A program made the translations under genes and the position numbers. Below are positions 35,926-44,083 of a stretch of 44,083 nucleotides of DNA, piece after piece; the first letter of the stretch is position 1; each line of letters starts with the position of its first letter. This stretch comes from Candidatus Muiribacteriota bacterium. GTDB taxonomy: Bacteria; Muiribacteriota; Muiribacteriia; Muiribacteriales; Muiribacteriaceae. Under the pieces are notes generated by a model. The model did no database searches. It was given only the letters and a program-made list of their open reading frames with translations, and was not told where the DNA came from. The stretch covers positions 1 to 44,083 of the forward strand of contig JBNJGP010000010.1 in assembly GCA_051747805.1 (NCBI GenBank), given 5' to 3'.

Positions 35926-37785
35926 ATGATAAAAAAAGAAAAAAAAGAAATAGAAAAAAACAAAAAATATGTAAAGGACTACGGGCATAAATGTCATGTG
36001 GTACTTATTTTACTTGTTATCTTTATTTTATCCAGTTTTATTTTTGTAATAAATAATTTTAGAAAAGATAATCAATATGAGTTTCTTGAAGAAAATGCTA
36101 ATTTTGTTTACTCCTCGCTTCAGAATAATATTTTTTCGAAAATGTATGGGATTTCAAGTGTTATAATTAAAAATACGCAGATTAAAGATATATTGGTTGA
36201 AAAACTTAAGCATGATGATGAAAACGTTCCTGTTTTATTAAACGCATTGAAATCTTTTCACGGGGCATCAGTTGTTTATTTAATGGACGCTTATGGAGAT
36301 GTTGTTTCTTCAACCACCTATGATGAGGAAGGTTCAACTCTTACGGGATATAACTATTCTTTCAGACCTTATTTTAAAGACGCTATTGAAGGAAAAGTTT
36401 CTATTTATCCTGCTTTAGGAGTTACTACTGATGAAAAAGGAATTTATTTTGCATATCCAGTTTATGATAGAAATATTGAAAAACCGGAAGGGGTTCTTGT
36501 AATAAAATTAAAATTAGATGAAATTAAAAGATTGTTTTTTGCCCAGGAAAACCCGGTAATGCTTGTTATTGATAATAATTTAATTTTTCTTTCAAACAGA
36601 CTGGAATGGAATCATCATTTTTTAATTGAACCTTCAGTTCAAACGCTTGAAAAAATTCAGAGAGAGCAGCAGTTGGAGGGTTTAATAAAAAATGACCTGA
36701 ATTTTAATATGTCTCATGGAGAAATTGATGTTAATGATGTTTCTTATTTATATTCTATGAGAGAATTTCCGCAGACAGGATGGAAAATATTTGTAATGGA
36801 TGATGCAGATAATGTATTTCCGTTAACTTCAATTCAAAAAAGCTTAATTATAATTGCTGGTTTTCTATTAATTTTACAGTTAATTGTTATTATGTACCTT
36901 TATAAAAATATAAGAAGAAGAAGATATGCTGAAAAACATCTTGAGGAAAGAGTTCTTATAAGAACTAAAGAACTTAGTGAATCACTTGAAGAACTTCAGA
37001 AAACAAAACACAGGCTTGAAAGCTCTCTTGATAAGCTCAAAAATGATGAAGAAGCTGGCAGGAAACTTCAGATGAGGTTGCTTCCAGATTCATATAAACT
37101 AATAAATGGTTATCAATTTTTTCATGTTTTTATGCCCTCTATGTTTTTATCGGGAGATTTTGTTGACTATTTTGAAATAGACGAAAAAAGAATTGCCTTT
37201 TATTTAGCAGATGTATCTGGACACGGCGTTTCATCGGCTTTTGTTACAATTCGTCTTGAAAGCTATATGAAGAATCTCTTAATGAACTTTGAGGAGAGAA
37301 AAGTAGGAACCATATTGAATCCGGGTAAATTATTACAGAAATTAAACAATGACTTGATTTTTGAAAATCTGGGCAAGCACATGACAATTTTTTATGGTGT
37401 TATTGATACTCAGGAACATACGTTAAAATATGCTAATGCAGGACAGTTTCCTTATCCAATTGTAAGAAAAAATAAATCTGCCGAATTTATTGAAGTTTCT
37501 GGTATGCCTTGTGGTCTTCTTGAGAATACCAGTTATAAATCTTATGAAATGGATATATCTGAGGATTTTTTCCTTGTGCTTTCTTCCGATGGTATTCTTG
37601 AACTGCTGCCTCATAAAGAGTTAAAAGATAAAGAGGTTTTTTTGAAATCCCTTATAACTGAAACTGGTTTTGGAGTTAATACATTAATTGAAAAAAGTGG
37701 TATAGATGATTTTCAGACTTTGCCGGATGATGTAACAATTTTATTGATAAAGAGACGGTTAGATAAGGATGGAGATGATGAATGA
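35926..37785 (+). CDS. Membrane Cache-domain SpoIIE/PP2C phosphatase (RsbU-like)
   Basis: TM, Cache domain (NYSFRPYF), second TM, coiled coil, then SGDFVD, ADVSGHG, SDGI and DDVT. Confidence 0.9.
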   Translation: MIKKEKKEIEKNKKYVKDYGHKCHVVLILLVIFILSSFIFVINNFRKDNQYEFLEENANFVYSSLQNNIFSKMYGISSVIIKNTQIKDILVEKLKHDDENVPVLLNALKSFHGASVVYLMDAYGDVVSSTTYDEEGSTLTGYNYSFRPYFKDAIEGKVSIYPALGVTTDEKGIYFAYPVYDRNIEKPEGVLVIKLKLDEIKRLFFAQENPVMLVIDNNLIFLSNRLEWNHHFLIEPSVQTLEKIQREQQLEGLIKNDLNFNMSHGEIDVNDVSYLYSMREFPQTGWKIFVMDDADNVFPLTSIQKSLIIIAGFLLILQLIVIMYLYKNIRRRRYAEKHLEERVLIRTKELSESLEELQKTKHRLESSLDKLKNDEEAGRKLQMRLLPDSYKLINGYQFFHVFMPSMFLSGDFVDYFEIDEKRIAFYLADVSGHGVSSAFVTIRLESYMKNLLMNFEERKVGTILNPGKLLQKLNNDLIFENLGKHMTIFYGVIDTQEHTLKYANAGQFPYPIVRKNKSAEFIEVSGMPCGLLENTSYKSYEMDISEDFFLVLSSDGILELLPHKELKDKEVFLKSLITETGFGVNTLIEKSGIDDFQTLPDDVTILLIKRRLDKDGDDE

Positions 37786-38279
37786 AAGGAAAAATACTTG
37801 TAGCGCAAAAAAATAATATTTTATTTTTAAAAATTACTGGAAATATTGTTTACAATGATTTCAGAGGATTTGATATTTATTTGTCGGACCTTTTTGAAAA
37901 AAAAGATATTAAAAATGCTGTTATTGATTTAAATGAGGCAAAATCCATCGACAGTACAAATTTAGGATTAATTGCTAAAGTTGCTGTAAACATTTTTAAA
38001 AAATATGAAAAAAAGATTATTTTAATTTCCGAAAATGATGATATAACACGTGTTATTGAAAGTATGGGTTTTTCTCAGATTATGCATATTGTAAAATCTT
38101 TTAAATGTGATGATAAATTAAATTACAATAATATTGTGTCTGATATGAACGTGGATAAAAATGAGGCCGAAGAAGTTAATACAATGCTTGAGGCTCATAA
38201 ACAGCTGGCCGAGCTTACTCCCGAGAACAGGGACAAGTTTGAAAAAGTTATAGAGTTTCTCGAAAATGAATTAAAATGA
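37782..38279 (+). CDS. STAS-domain anti-sigma factor antagonist
   Basis: IDLNEAKSIDSTNLG; ATGA overlap with the phosphatase gene. Confidence 0.85.
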   Translation: MKGKILVAQKNNILFLKITGNIVYNDFRGFDIYLSDLFEKKDIKNAVIDLNEAKSIDSTNLGLIAKVAVNIFKKYEKKIILISENDDITRVIESMGFSQIMHIVKSFKCDDKLNYNNIVSDMNVDKNEAEEVNTMLEAHKQLAELTPENRDKFEKVIEFLENELK

Positions 38280-39382
38280 AGAAAATTAAATCTTTTTTTT
38301 ATCCGTGTTTTTTATGCGGAAGGGATAATTCAAAAAATAAAAATAGTATTTCAATTAATGCTTTTTTCAGGTTTTTAAACTCATTCTGCCGGTCAGATCT
38401 TGAATATACTGTTTGTAGCAAATGTGGTTTGATTTATTTAAGTAAGAGACCGTCAAGTGTCTTTTATGAAAATTATTATAAAAATGCTCCTTCTGAGATA
38501 CTTCCAACTGTTTTAAAAGCAAATAATAAAAAAAAGGATTTTATATTAGAATTTTCTGATAAAAAAAAAATAAAAAATATATTAGATATTGGTTGTGGGA
38601 CAGGCGAGCTTTTAAATGCCTTCAGCTCGGCCGATACAAACTGTATTGGTATAGATTTATCAAAAGTTTCATGTGATTTTATTTTAAAAAAAAATTCGAA
38701 AATAAAAGTTTTTAATAAACCACTTAATAGCTGCCTGAAAAATTTTTCAAAAGATTATTTTGATTTAATAACTTTAATACACTTGCTTGAACATATTGAG
38801 AGACCAGAAAATTTTTTCCAGTCTCTTAATAAATTAAAATTTAATAAATGTTATATGGAAGTTCCAGTTTTAAACAAATACACGACTACTCGCACTTTCT
38901 TTTTTGCATATGGTCATATTGCCTATTACTGTCGAGCAACTATATATGCTCTGTTGAAAAAATCCGGATTTAAAGTTTTAAAAATTGTTGAAGGGGCAAA
39001 TTCAATGAAAGTGCTTTTTGAAAAAGATAGAAGAATTTTTTCAGAAGGATTTCTTAATTACAATAAAAATAGAATTGTGCAGAAAAACATTCAAATTATC
39101 AATGAAAAGAGACTTGAGCTTGATGAAAGAATGCAGAAGTTAAATATTTTCGCCGAGGAAGTTAAAAATAAGTTGAAAAATGGCAGAAAAATTTTAATAT
39201 TTGGTTTCGGTTCTAATTGTTGTCGTATTCTTGAGGTGGCGCGAGATTACAGGAAAAATATAATAGGAATTGTTGATAAAAATCCTGCGCTGCAGAATAA
39301 TAAAATTTTAAAAAATATTATGATTTATTCCCCAGATATGGTTGAAAATCTAGAATGTGATGAAAAAATTTTCACTTATTAA
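38276..39382 (+). CDS. Class I SAM-dependent methyltransferase with N-terminal Zn-binding cysteines
   Basis: CFLC and CSKC; ILDIGCGTG; HLLEHI; C-terminal Rossmann-like IFGFG. Confidence 0.85.
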   Translation: MKKIKSFFYPCFLCGRDNSKNKNSISINAFFRFLNSFCRSDLEYTVCSKCGLIYLSKRPSSVFYENYYKNAPSEILPTVLKANNKKKDFILEFSDKKKIKNILDIGCGTGELLNAFSSADTNCIGIDLSKVSCDFILKKNSKIKVFNKPLNSCLKNFSKDYFDLITLIHLLEHIERPENFFQSLNKLKFNKCYMEVPVLNKYTTTRTFFFAYGHIAYYCRATIYALLKKSGFKVLKIVEGANSMKVLFEKDRRIFSEGFLNYNKNRIVQKNIQIINEKRLELDERMQKLNIFAEEVKNKLKNGRKILIFGFGSNCCRILEVARDYRKNIIGIVDKNPALQNNKILKNIMIYSPDMVENLECDEKIFTY

Positions 39383-39535
39383 CTTAAGTTCAGCAAATAA
39401 GTTGGTACGTGGTATTGTTTATTTTTGATTTATACAGGCAAATTATATTATAATCAACACAGATATTCAATATTTAATTTTAAATTAATAATATATAACA
39501 ATTTATATTTTCTATGAAGGATCGAACTGTTTTTT

Positions 39536-41317
39536 ATGAAAGTTTTTAAAGGTGACGGAGTTGCCCATGGAATAGCTACCGGGAAAATAATACTATTTTT
39601 ATCTGACTCATTTATAAATGTTGAGCCCAGAGTTATTGCAGAAAGTAAAATTGAAAAAGAAATTAAACGTTTTGAAGCCTCAATAACCAAATCAAAAAAA
39701 CAGCTTCATACTATAAAAAATAAAGTAAAAAAAACATTAGGTGTATCTGAAGCTGGTATATTTCACTCTCAGCTTTTAATTTTAGAAGATAAATATTTAT
39801 ATGATAAAATAACAGGATATATTGTTAATAAACGTTTAAATGCGGAATACTCTGTTGTAAAAGCCATAAAAGAATTTGAAAAGGAATTATCCAGAACCGA
39901 TAATACTTATTTAAAAGAGCGGGTAATAGATTTAGAAGATGTAAAACAGAGATTTTTGAGAAATTTCGGTACATCAATTTATCATACAGAATTTTCTAAT
40001 ATTGCACACAATTCAATTGCTGTTGCGCGTTCTGTCACAGCTTCCGACTCTATTGAACTTATAAATCTTGGTGTTAAGGGTCTTATTTTAGAAAGTGGTG
40101 GTGTTACTTCGCATTCTGCAATTCTTGCCAGGGCCATGGGAATTCCCACGGTTGTAGGAGTACCTGACATAATAGAAAAACTGATAGAAGAAAAACAGGT
40201 TAATGACAGATGGAATGAAGGAATTCTGGATGCTTATAATGGTTTAGTTTATATTTCACCTGATGAAAAAACGTCTGAAAAGTATAAGAAAAAAATTAAA
40301 TTAAAGGAAAAAAAGAAAAAAGAAAGATGTAAAGAATCCTCAAAACCTGCCTTAACCCGGGACGGAAAAAGTGTAACTGTTTATGCGAATCTTGGTGTCA
40401 GGTTTAATATTGATTCTGTGTTATGCGAGGGTGGGGCCGGTGTAGGCCTTTACAGAACAGAGTTTCAATATATGCTCAGACATGATTTTCCTGATGAGAA
40501 AACTTTATATTTAGACTATTCTAATATTTTTAAAAAATTAAAAAAGCATTATATTAATATTCGACTTCTTGATGTTGGCGGGGATAAGTTTCTGCCCTAT
40601 TTTGATCACGGAACAGAAAAGAATCCTGAGCTGGGAAGAAGGTCCCTTCGTTTTCTTTTTGAGCATGAAGAGATTTTAAGAACACAAATCCGGGCAATAT
40701 TAAGGGCGGCAGAATATGGCAACCCACGTATTCTTATTCCGATGGTATCATCAGTTGAAGAAATAAAAAAAATAAAAAAAATAATTTCTGAAGAAAAGCA
40801 GAATCTTGAAAAGGAAAAAGTTAAATATAAAAAAGAATATGTTCCAGTAGGAATTATGTTAGAGGTTCCTTCTGTTATTTTTATACTGGATAAAATATCT
40901 GAATACGCTGATTTTTTCAGCATAGGAAGTAATGATTTAATTCAGTTTACACTAGCAGTTGATCGTGAAAATTTTTCTATGAGGAAATTTTTTAATCCTT
41001 CTCACCCGGCAGTGTTCAGAATAATCAAATACTGTGCTGATATAATTAATAAAAGTGGTAAAGAGCTTGCTATTTGTGGTGAAATGGCGAGTGAATATAA
41101 ATATGTACCTGCGCTTATAGGGCTTGGGATTTCCAATTTATCCATGAACTTAAGCAATATAAAGGATACTAAGGATTATATAAGGGTTTTAAAATATAAA
41201 GAGTGTGAAGAACTTGCCAATAAAATACTTAACCTGGAAGAAATTGAAAAAATCGATAGACTTCTGGAAGAATTTTACGCTGAAAATATGGTAAATGGAG
41301 GGGAAGAAGATGACTGA
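39536..41317 (+). CDS. ptsI: PEP-protein phosphotransferase (PTS enzyme I)
   Basis: TSHSAI phospho-His; GLYRTEF, DVGGDK, SIGSNDL and ICGEMA motifs; no GAF domain. Confidence 0.93.
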   Translation: MKVFKGDGVAHGIATGKIILFLSDSFINVEPRVIAESKIEKEIKRFEASITKSKKQLHTIKNKVKKTLGVSEAGIFHSQLLILEDKYLYDKITGYIVNKRLNAEYSVVKAIKEFEKELSRTDNTYLKERVIDLEDVKQRFLRNFGTSIYHTEFSNIAHNSIAVARSVTASDSIELINLGVKGLILESGGVTSHSAILARAMGIPTVVGVPDIIEKLIEEKQVNDRWNEGILDAYNGLVYISPDEKTSEKYKKKIKLKEKKKKERCKESSKPALTRDGKSVTVYANLGVRFNIDSVLCEGGAGVGLYRTEFQYMLRHDFPDEKTLYLDYSNIFKKLKKHYINIRLLDVGGDKFLPYFDHGTEKNPELGRRSLRFLFEHEEILRTQIRAILRAAEYGNPRILIPMVSSVEEIKKIKKIISEEKQNLEKEKVKYKKEYVPVGIMLEVPSVIFILDKISEYADFFSIGSNDLIQFTLAVDRENFSMRKFFNPSHPAVFRIIKYCADIINKSGKELAICGEMASEYKYVPALIGLGISNLSMNLSNIKDTKDYIRVLKYKECEELANKILNLEEIEKIDRLLEEFYAENMVNGGEEDD

Positions 41318-42374
41318 CAACAGAGTTAAAAAATTAGCAGACATTCTTGTTAACTATTCATGTGATTTAAAAAAGGGAGAAAAAATTGTTATAGCTGGTG
41401 ATATTGCCTCAAAACCTCTTATTATAGAATGTTATAAAGAGGCTATAAAAAAAGGGGCCCAGCCTTTTGTTAAAATTCATATTCCTGAGGCCAGTAAATT
41501 GATGTTTGATCTTGGAAGCGATGAACAGATAAGCTATAAAGACCCTGTAAAAAAGTTTCAGTATGAAAATATGGATGCTTTAATAAATATATATGCAAGT
41601 CAGAATCTGAAAATGTTTTCTTCGGTGTCATCTAATAAACAGGTGCTGATGAATAAATCTAACAAAGAACTTATAGATATTGTAATGAGCAAAAAATGGG
41701 TAGCTGTTAACTACCCGACAAATGCTTTAGCCCAGGAAGCTGGAATGAGTCTTGAGGAGTATGAAGATTTTGTGTTTGGTGCTACTCTTATTAACTGGGA
41801 GGCAACAAAAAAAGAGATGAAAAAAGTAAAAGAGACTTTTGATAATGGGAAAGAAGTTAAAATTTTAGGAAACAATACTCAACTTTCTTTTTCCATAGAA
41901 AACCGACCGGGAATTATATGCAGCGGTGAAAATAATATGCCAGACGGCGAGGTTTTTTATTCTCCTGTTAAAAATTCTGTTAATGGTGAAATTTATTATG
42001 AATTTCCGGCAATTTATCAGGGAAAGGAAGTGGATGGAATAAAGTTAACTTTTGAAAATGGAAAGGTTGTAAAAGCTGTGGCGAGAAAGAATCAGGAATT
42101 TTTAAACACTGTACTGGATACCGATGAAGGGGCAAGATATGTTGGGGAATTTGGTATAGGGTTAAATTATGGCATCAGGCGTTTTACAAAAGATATTTTA
42201 TTTGATGAAAAGATAGGTGGAACAGTTCATTTTGCTGTGGGGCAATCTTATGAAGAGGCTGGCGGTGATAATGATTCTGCGGTTCACTGGGATATGATTA
42301 AAGATTTAAGAAAACATGGACAGATTTTTTTAGATGGTAAGCTTGTACAGCAGAACGGTGATTTTCTGATTTGA
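41310..42374 (+). CDS. Aminopeptidase, M29 (AmpS/AmpT) family
   Basis: NMPDGEVF, GEFGIG, LFDEKIGGTVH and SAVHWD motifs; GGAGG RBS before the ATG at 41310. Confidence 0.92.
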   Translation: MTDNRVKKLADILVNYSCDLKKGEKIVIAGDIASKPLIIECYKEAIKKGAQPFVKIHIPEASKLMFDLGSDEQISYKDPVKKFQYENMDALINIYASQNLKMFSSVSSNKQVLMNKSNKELIDIVMSKKWVAVNYPTNALAQEAGMSLEEYEDFVFGATLINWEATKKEMKKVKETFDNGKEVKILGNNTQLSFSIENRPGIICSGENNMPDGEVFYSPVKNSVNGEIYYEFPAIYQGKEVDGIKLTFENGKVVKAVARKNQEFLNTVLDTDEGARYVGEFGIGLNYGIRRFTKDILFDEKIGGTVHFAVGQSYEEAGGDNDSAVHWDMIKDLRKHGQIFLDGKLVQQNGDFLI

Positions 42375-42778
42375 TGGAGTTTGAAAAGTTTCATTCAGAG
42401 GTTGACAAATACTGGTGTAAGCTGGATTTTAGACTGAAGATTAAGCTTGATGGTATTTTTGTGCTCGATGAATTAAAAAAACAGAAAAACTCTTTAATTC
42501 TTGGTCAGTATATTGTCAGAAGACCGTTTAAACCTAAAATAGTTATTTATTATAATTCTTTTATGCGCTTGTACAGGAATAAAAATAATGATTTTATTAT
42601 TTCAAAAATAAAAGAAGTTATTAATCATGAACTTATTCATCATCTTGAGTATTTAAATGGTACAAATAAGATGGCCAAACAGGAAAAACAAAGATATCAA
42701 AAAAATAATTTAAAAGAAGTTTTACTGATTATTACTGTATGTTTTTTAATTATAATTTTTGCATATATTATGGTTTAA
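42371..42778 (+). CDS. Small zincin-like metallopeptidase with a C-terminal TM anchor
   Basis: LGQY, IVIYY and HELIHHLE (HExxH) motifs. Confidence 0.7.
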   Translation: MMEFEKFHSEVDKYWCKLDFRLKIKLDGIFVLDELKKQKNSLILGQYIVRRPFKPKIVIYYNSFMRLYRNKNNDFIISKIKEVINHELIHHLEYLNGTNKMAKQEKQRYQKNNLKEVLLIITVCFLIIIFAYIMV

Positions 42779-42797
42779 GATATAAAGGGAGATTAGA

Positions 42798-43673
42798 ATG
42801 AATTATTCAACACCAGTTTTTCGTCCGCCATCCGAGGCTTATAGTTTTATTGTACAATTAACTCATGGTTGTCCTTATAATACTTGTCGTTTCTGTGGAA
42901 TGTACAAATCAAAACAGTTTAAGGTTGAAAAACTGGAGAATATTATTACACAGTTAAAAGAAATACCTGTTTTTAGAAGAAAAATGGTTAAAAGAATCTT
43001 TCTTGGGGATGGCGACCCTATGGTTACGGGGTTCTCTGTTATAAATGAACTGCTTATTTTTTTAAATAAATTTTTTCCTGAACTTCAGAGGGTTTCTGCC
43101 TATGCAACTGCCCAGAGTATAAATTGTTTAAATGTTGAAGAAATTAAAGAGCTTAAAAATAATAAGTTAAAGCTTTTTTATATGGGCCTTGAAAGTGGTT
43201 ATGATAAATTGCTTGATTTCTGTGATAAAAAGGGGAACTCTTCTGAATTTATTAATGCCTGTAATTTAATCAGAGAAGCTGGTGCAAAATCATCTGTTAC
43301 TGCAATTTTAGGATTGGGCGGAAAGGATTTTTCAAATAAACATGCTTTTTATACTGCAGAAGTTATTAATAAGGCTAAACCAAAATTTTTCAGTCTTTTA
43401 ACTTTAATATATGGTGGAAACGAAGAGTTTATAAATGATATTAAATTATTAACTAAAAAAGAGATTATGATTGAGATGAGAACAATTATAAAAAATCTTA
43501 ATATTAATACTATTTTTCGCTCTAATCATGTTTCTAATATTTGCGATGTTAATGGAACTCTTTTAAAAGACAAAGAGAAAATGATTGAAAGAATTGACAG
43601 TTTTCTTGACAAATACTCGTTAAATTCTGATTTAAATTCTGTGCCCCAGTTTAATGGAGAAAATTCATACTAA
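42798..43673 (+). CDS. Radical SAM protein
   Basis: RPPSEA; CPYNTCRFC (CxxxCxxC); FLGDGD; GLESG; FRSNH. Confidence 0.9.
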   Translation: MNYSTPVFRPPSEAYSFIVQLTHGCPYNTCRFCGMYKSKQFKVEKLENIITQLKEIPVFRRKMVKRIFLGDGDPMVTGFSVINELLIFLNKFFPELQRVSAYATAQSINCLNVEEIKELKNNKLKLFYMGLESGYDKLLDFCDKKGNSSEFINACNLIREAGAKSSVTAILGLGGKDFSNKHAFYTAEVINKAKPKFFSLLTLIYGGNEEFINDIKLLTKKEIMIEMRTIIKNLNINTIFRSNHVSNICDVNGTLLKDKEKMIERIDSFLDKYSLNSDLNSVPQFNGENSY

Positions 43674-43723
43674 ATCAAGGAAAACAGCAAATATCAATGA
43701 AGTTTTTTTCTATAATAAATTTT

Positions 43724-43770
43724 AACCTCCAGCTCCTAACTTCTCACCTCTCACCTCTCACGGCTCTCAT
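43724..43770. repeat. Degenerate 7-bp tandem repeat (CACYTCT), left block
   Basis: aacctcc agctcct aacttct cacctct cacctct cacggct. Confidence 0.7.
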
Positions 43771-43774
43771 CAGC

Positions 43775-43927
43775 TTAAAATTATATTACTTCAAAAATCA
43801 CAAAAAACCGCTTTATAAAGAGGATTATAATCTTTATTGGGTTTAGTTTACATACTGAAGTACTATCATTATTTTTTAACATACGCTCTTAGATTTTTTT
43901 GTGATTTTGTTTCGTAATAAATTTTAA
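43775..43927. mobile_element. Possible MITE-like element with ~33-bp imperfect terminal inverted repeats
   Basis: 43775-43807 is the imperfect reverse complement of 43895-43927; no internal ORF in the ORF track. Confidence 0.4.
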
Positions 43928-43969
43928 TCTTCAGCTCTCATCTGCACCTTTTTGCTCTCATTGCTTTTT

Positions 43970-44004
43970 CACTTCTTACTTCTCACTTCTCATCTCTCAC
44001 TTTA
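43970..44004. repeat. Degenerate 7-bp tandem repeat (CACTTCT), right block
   Basis: cacttct tacttct cacttct catctct cacttta. Confidence 0.75.
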
Positions 44005-44083
44005 TTAAAGTTATTGTTTGTTTTTTACAAACAAGTAATTTTTTGTCTATGACAAAAAAGTTATTGCTTAAACTTCGTTTAAC

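Noticed and set aside
39340..39430. Possible frameshift truncating the methyltransferase C-terminus
   Set aside because: The end looks abrupt, but the alternative frame gives no convincing continuation without an alignment
727..40923. Many short ORFs nested in or antisense to long genes (e.g. 6610-6942, 15997-16437, 33030-33344)
   Set aside because: Shadow frames of well-supported genes, with no motifs of their own
3496..41309. Upstream ORF-track starts at 3496, 14825, 19956, 26420 and 41295
   Set aside because: Downstream ATGs (3526, 14861, 20010, 26441, 41310) have clear Shine-Dalgarno sites

Overview
AT-rich bacterial chromosomal segment (roughly 30% GC by eye), with almost all genes on the + strand. 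From left to right it holds: the 3' end of a truncated CDS; two prepilin/pseudopilin genes with an O-antigen-ligase/TPR gene; a double-parvulin lipoprotein and mazG; accB-like, accC, xseA and an ssnA-like amidohydrolase; a solute-binding protein, diguanylate cyclase and Yip1 operon; a STAS-anti-sigma kinase fusion and lysS; an orphan flagellin with sigma28 and CsrA signals; an M4/M36 protease; a catalytically eroded Mre11/Rad50 (YhaO/YhaN-like) pair; and pyrE. Next is a polyhydroxyalkanoate (PHA) cluster: secreted lipase-like hydrolase, phaR, small subunit plus phaC, phaB, MetX-like esterase, a second small subunit plus second phaC, and a convergent Na+/solute symporter carrying the same TGC-N3-GCA boxes. 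After it come a PreP protease, a Cache-PP2C/STAS/methyltransferase unit, PTS enzyme I, an aminopeptidase, a zincin, a radical SAM gene and a repeat-rich tail. The most notable observations are the two-synthase PHA regulon, a BCCP lacking its biotin lysine, the apparently nuclease-dead membrane-anchored Mre11/Rad50 pair, a dispersed hairpin repeat with a fully covarying inner stem, and five apparently leaderless genes. No rRNA, tRNA, CRISPR array or transposase was recognised. All calls come from motif recognition by eye; no database searches were run.
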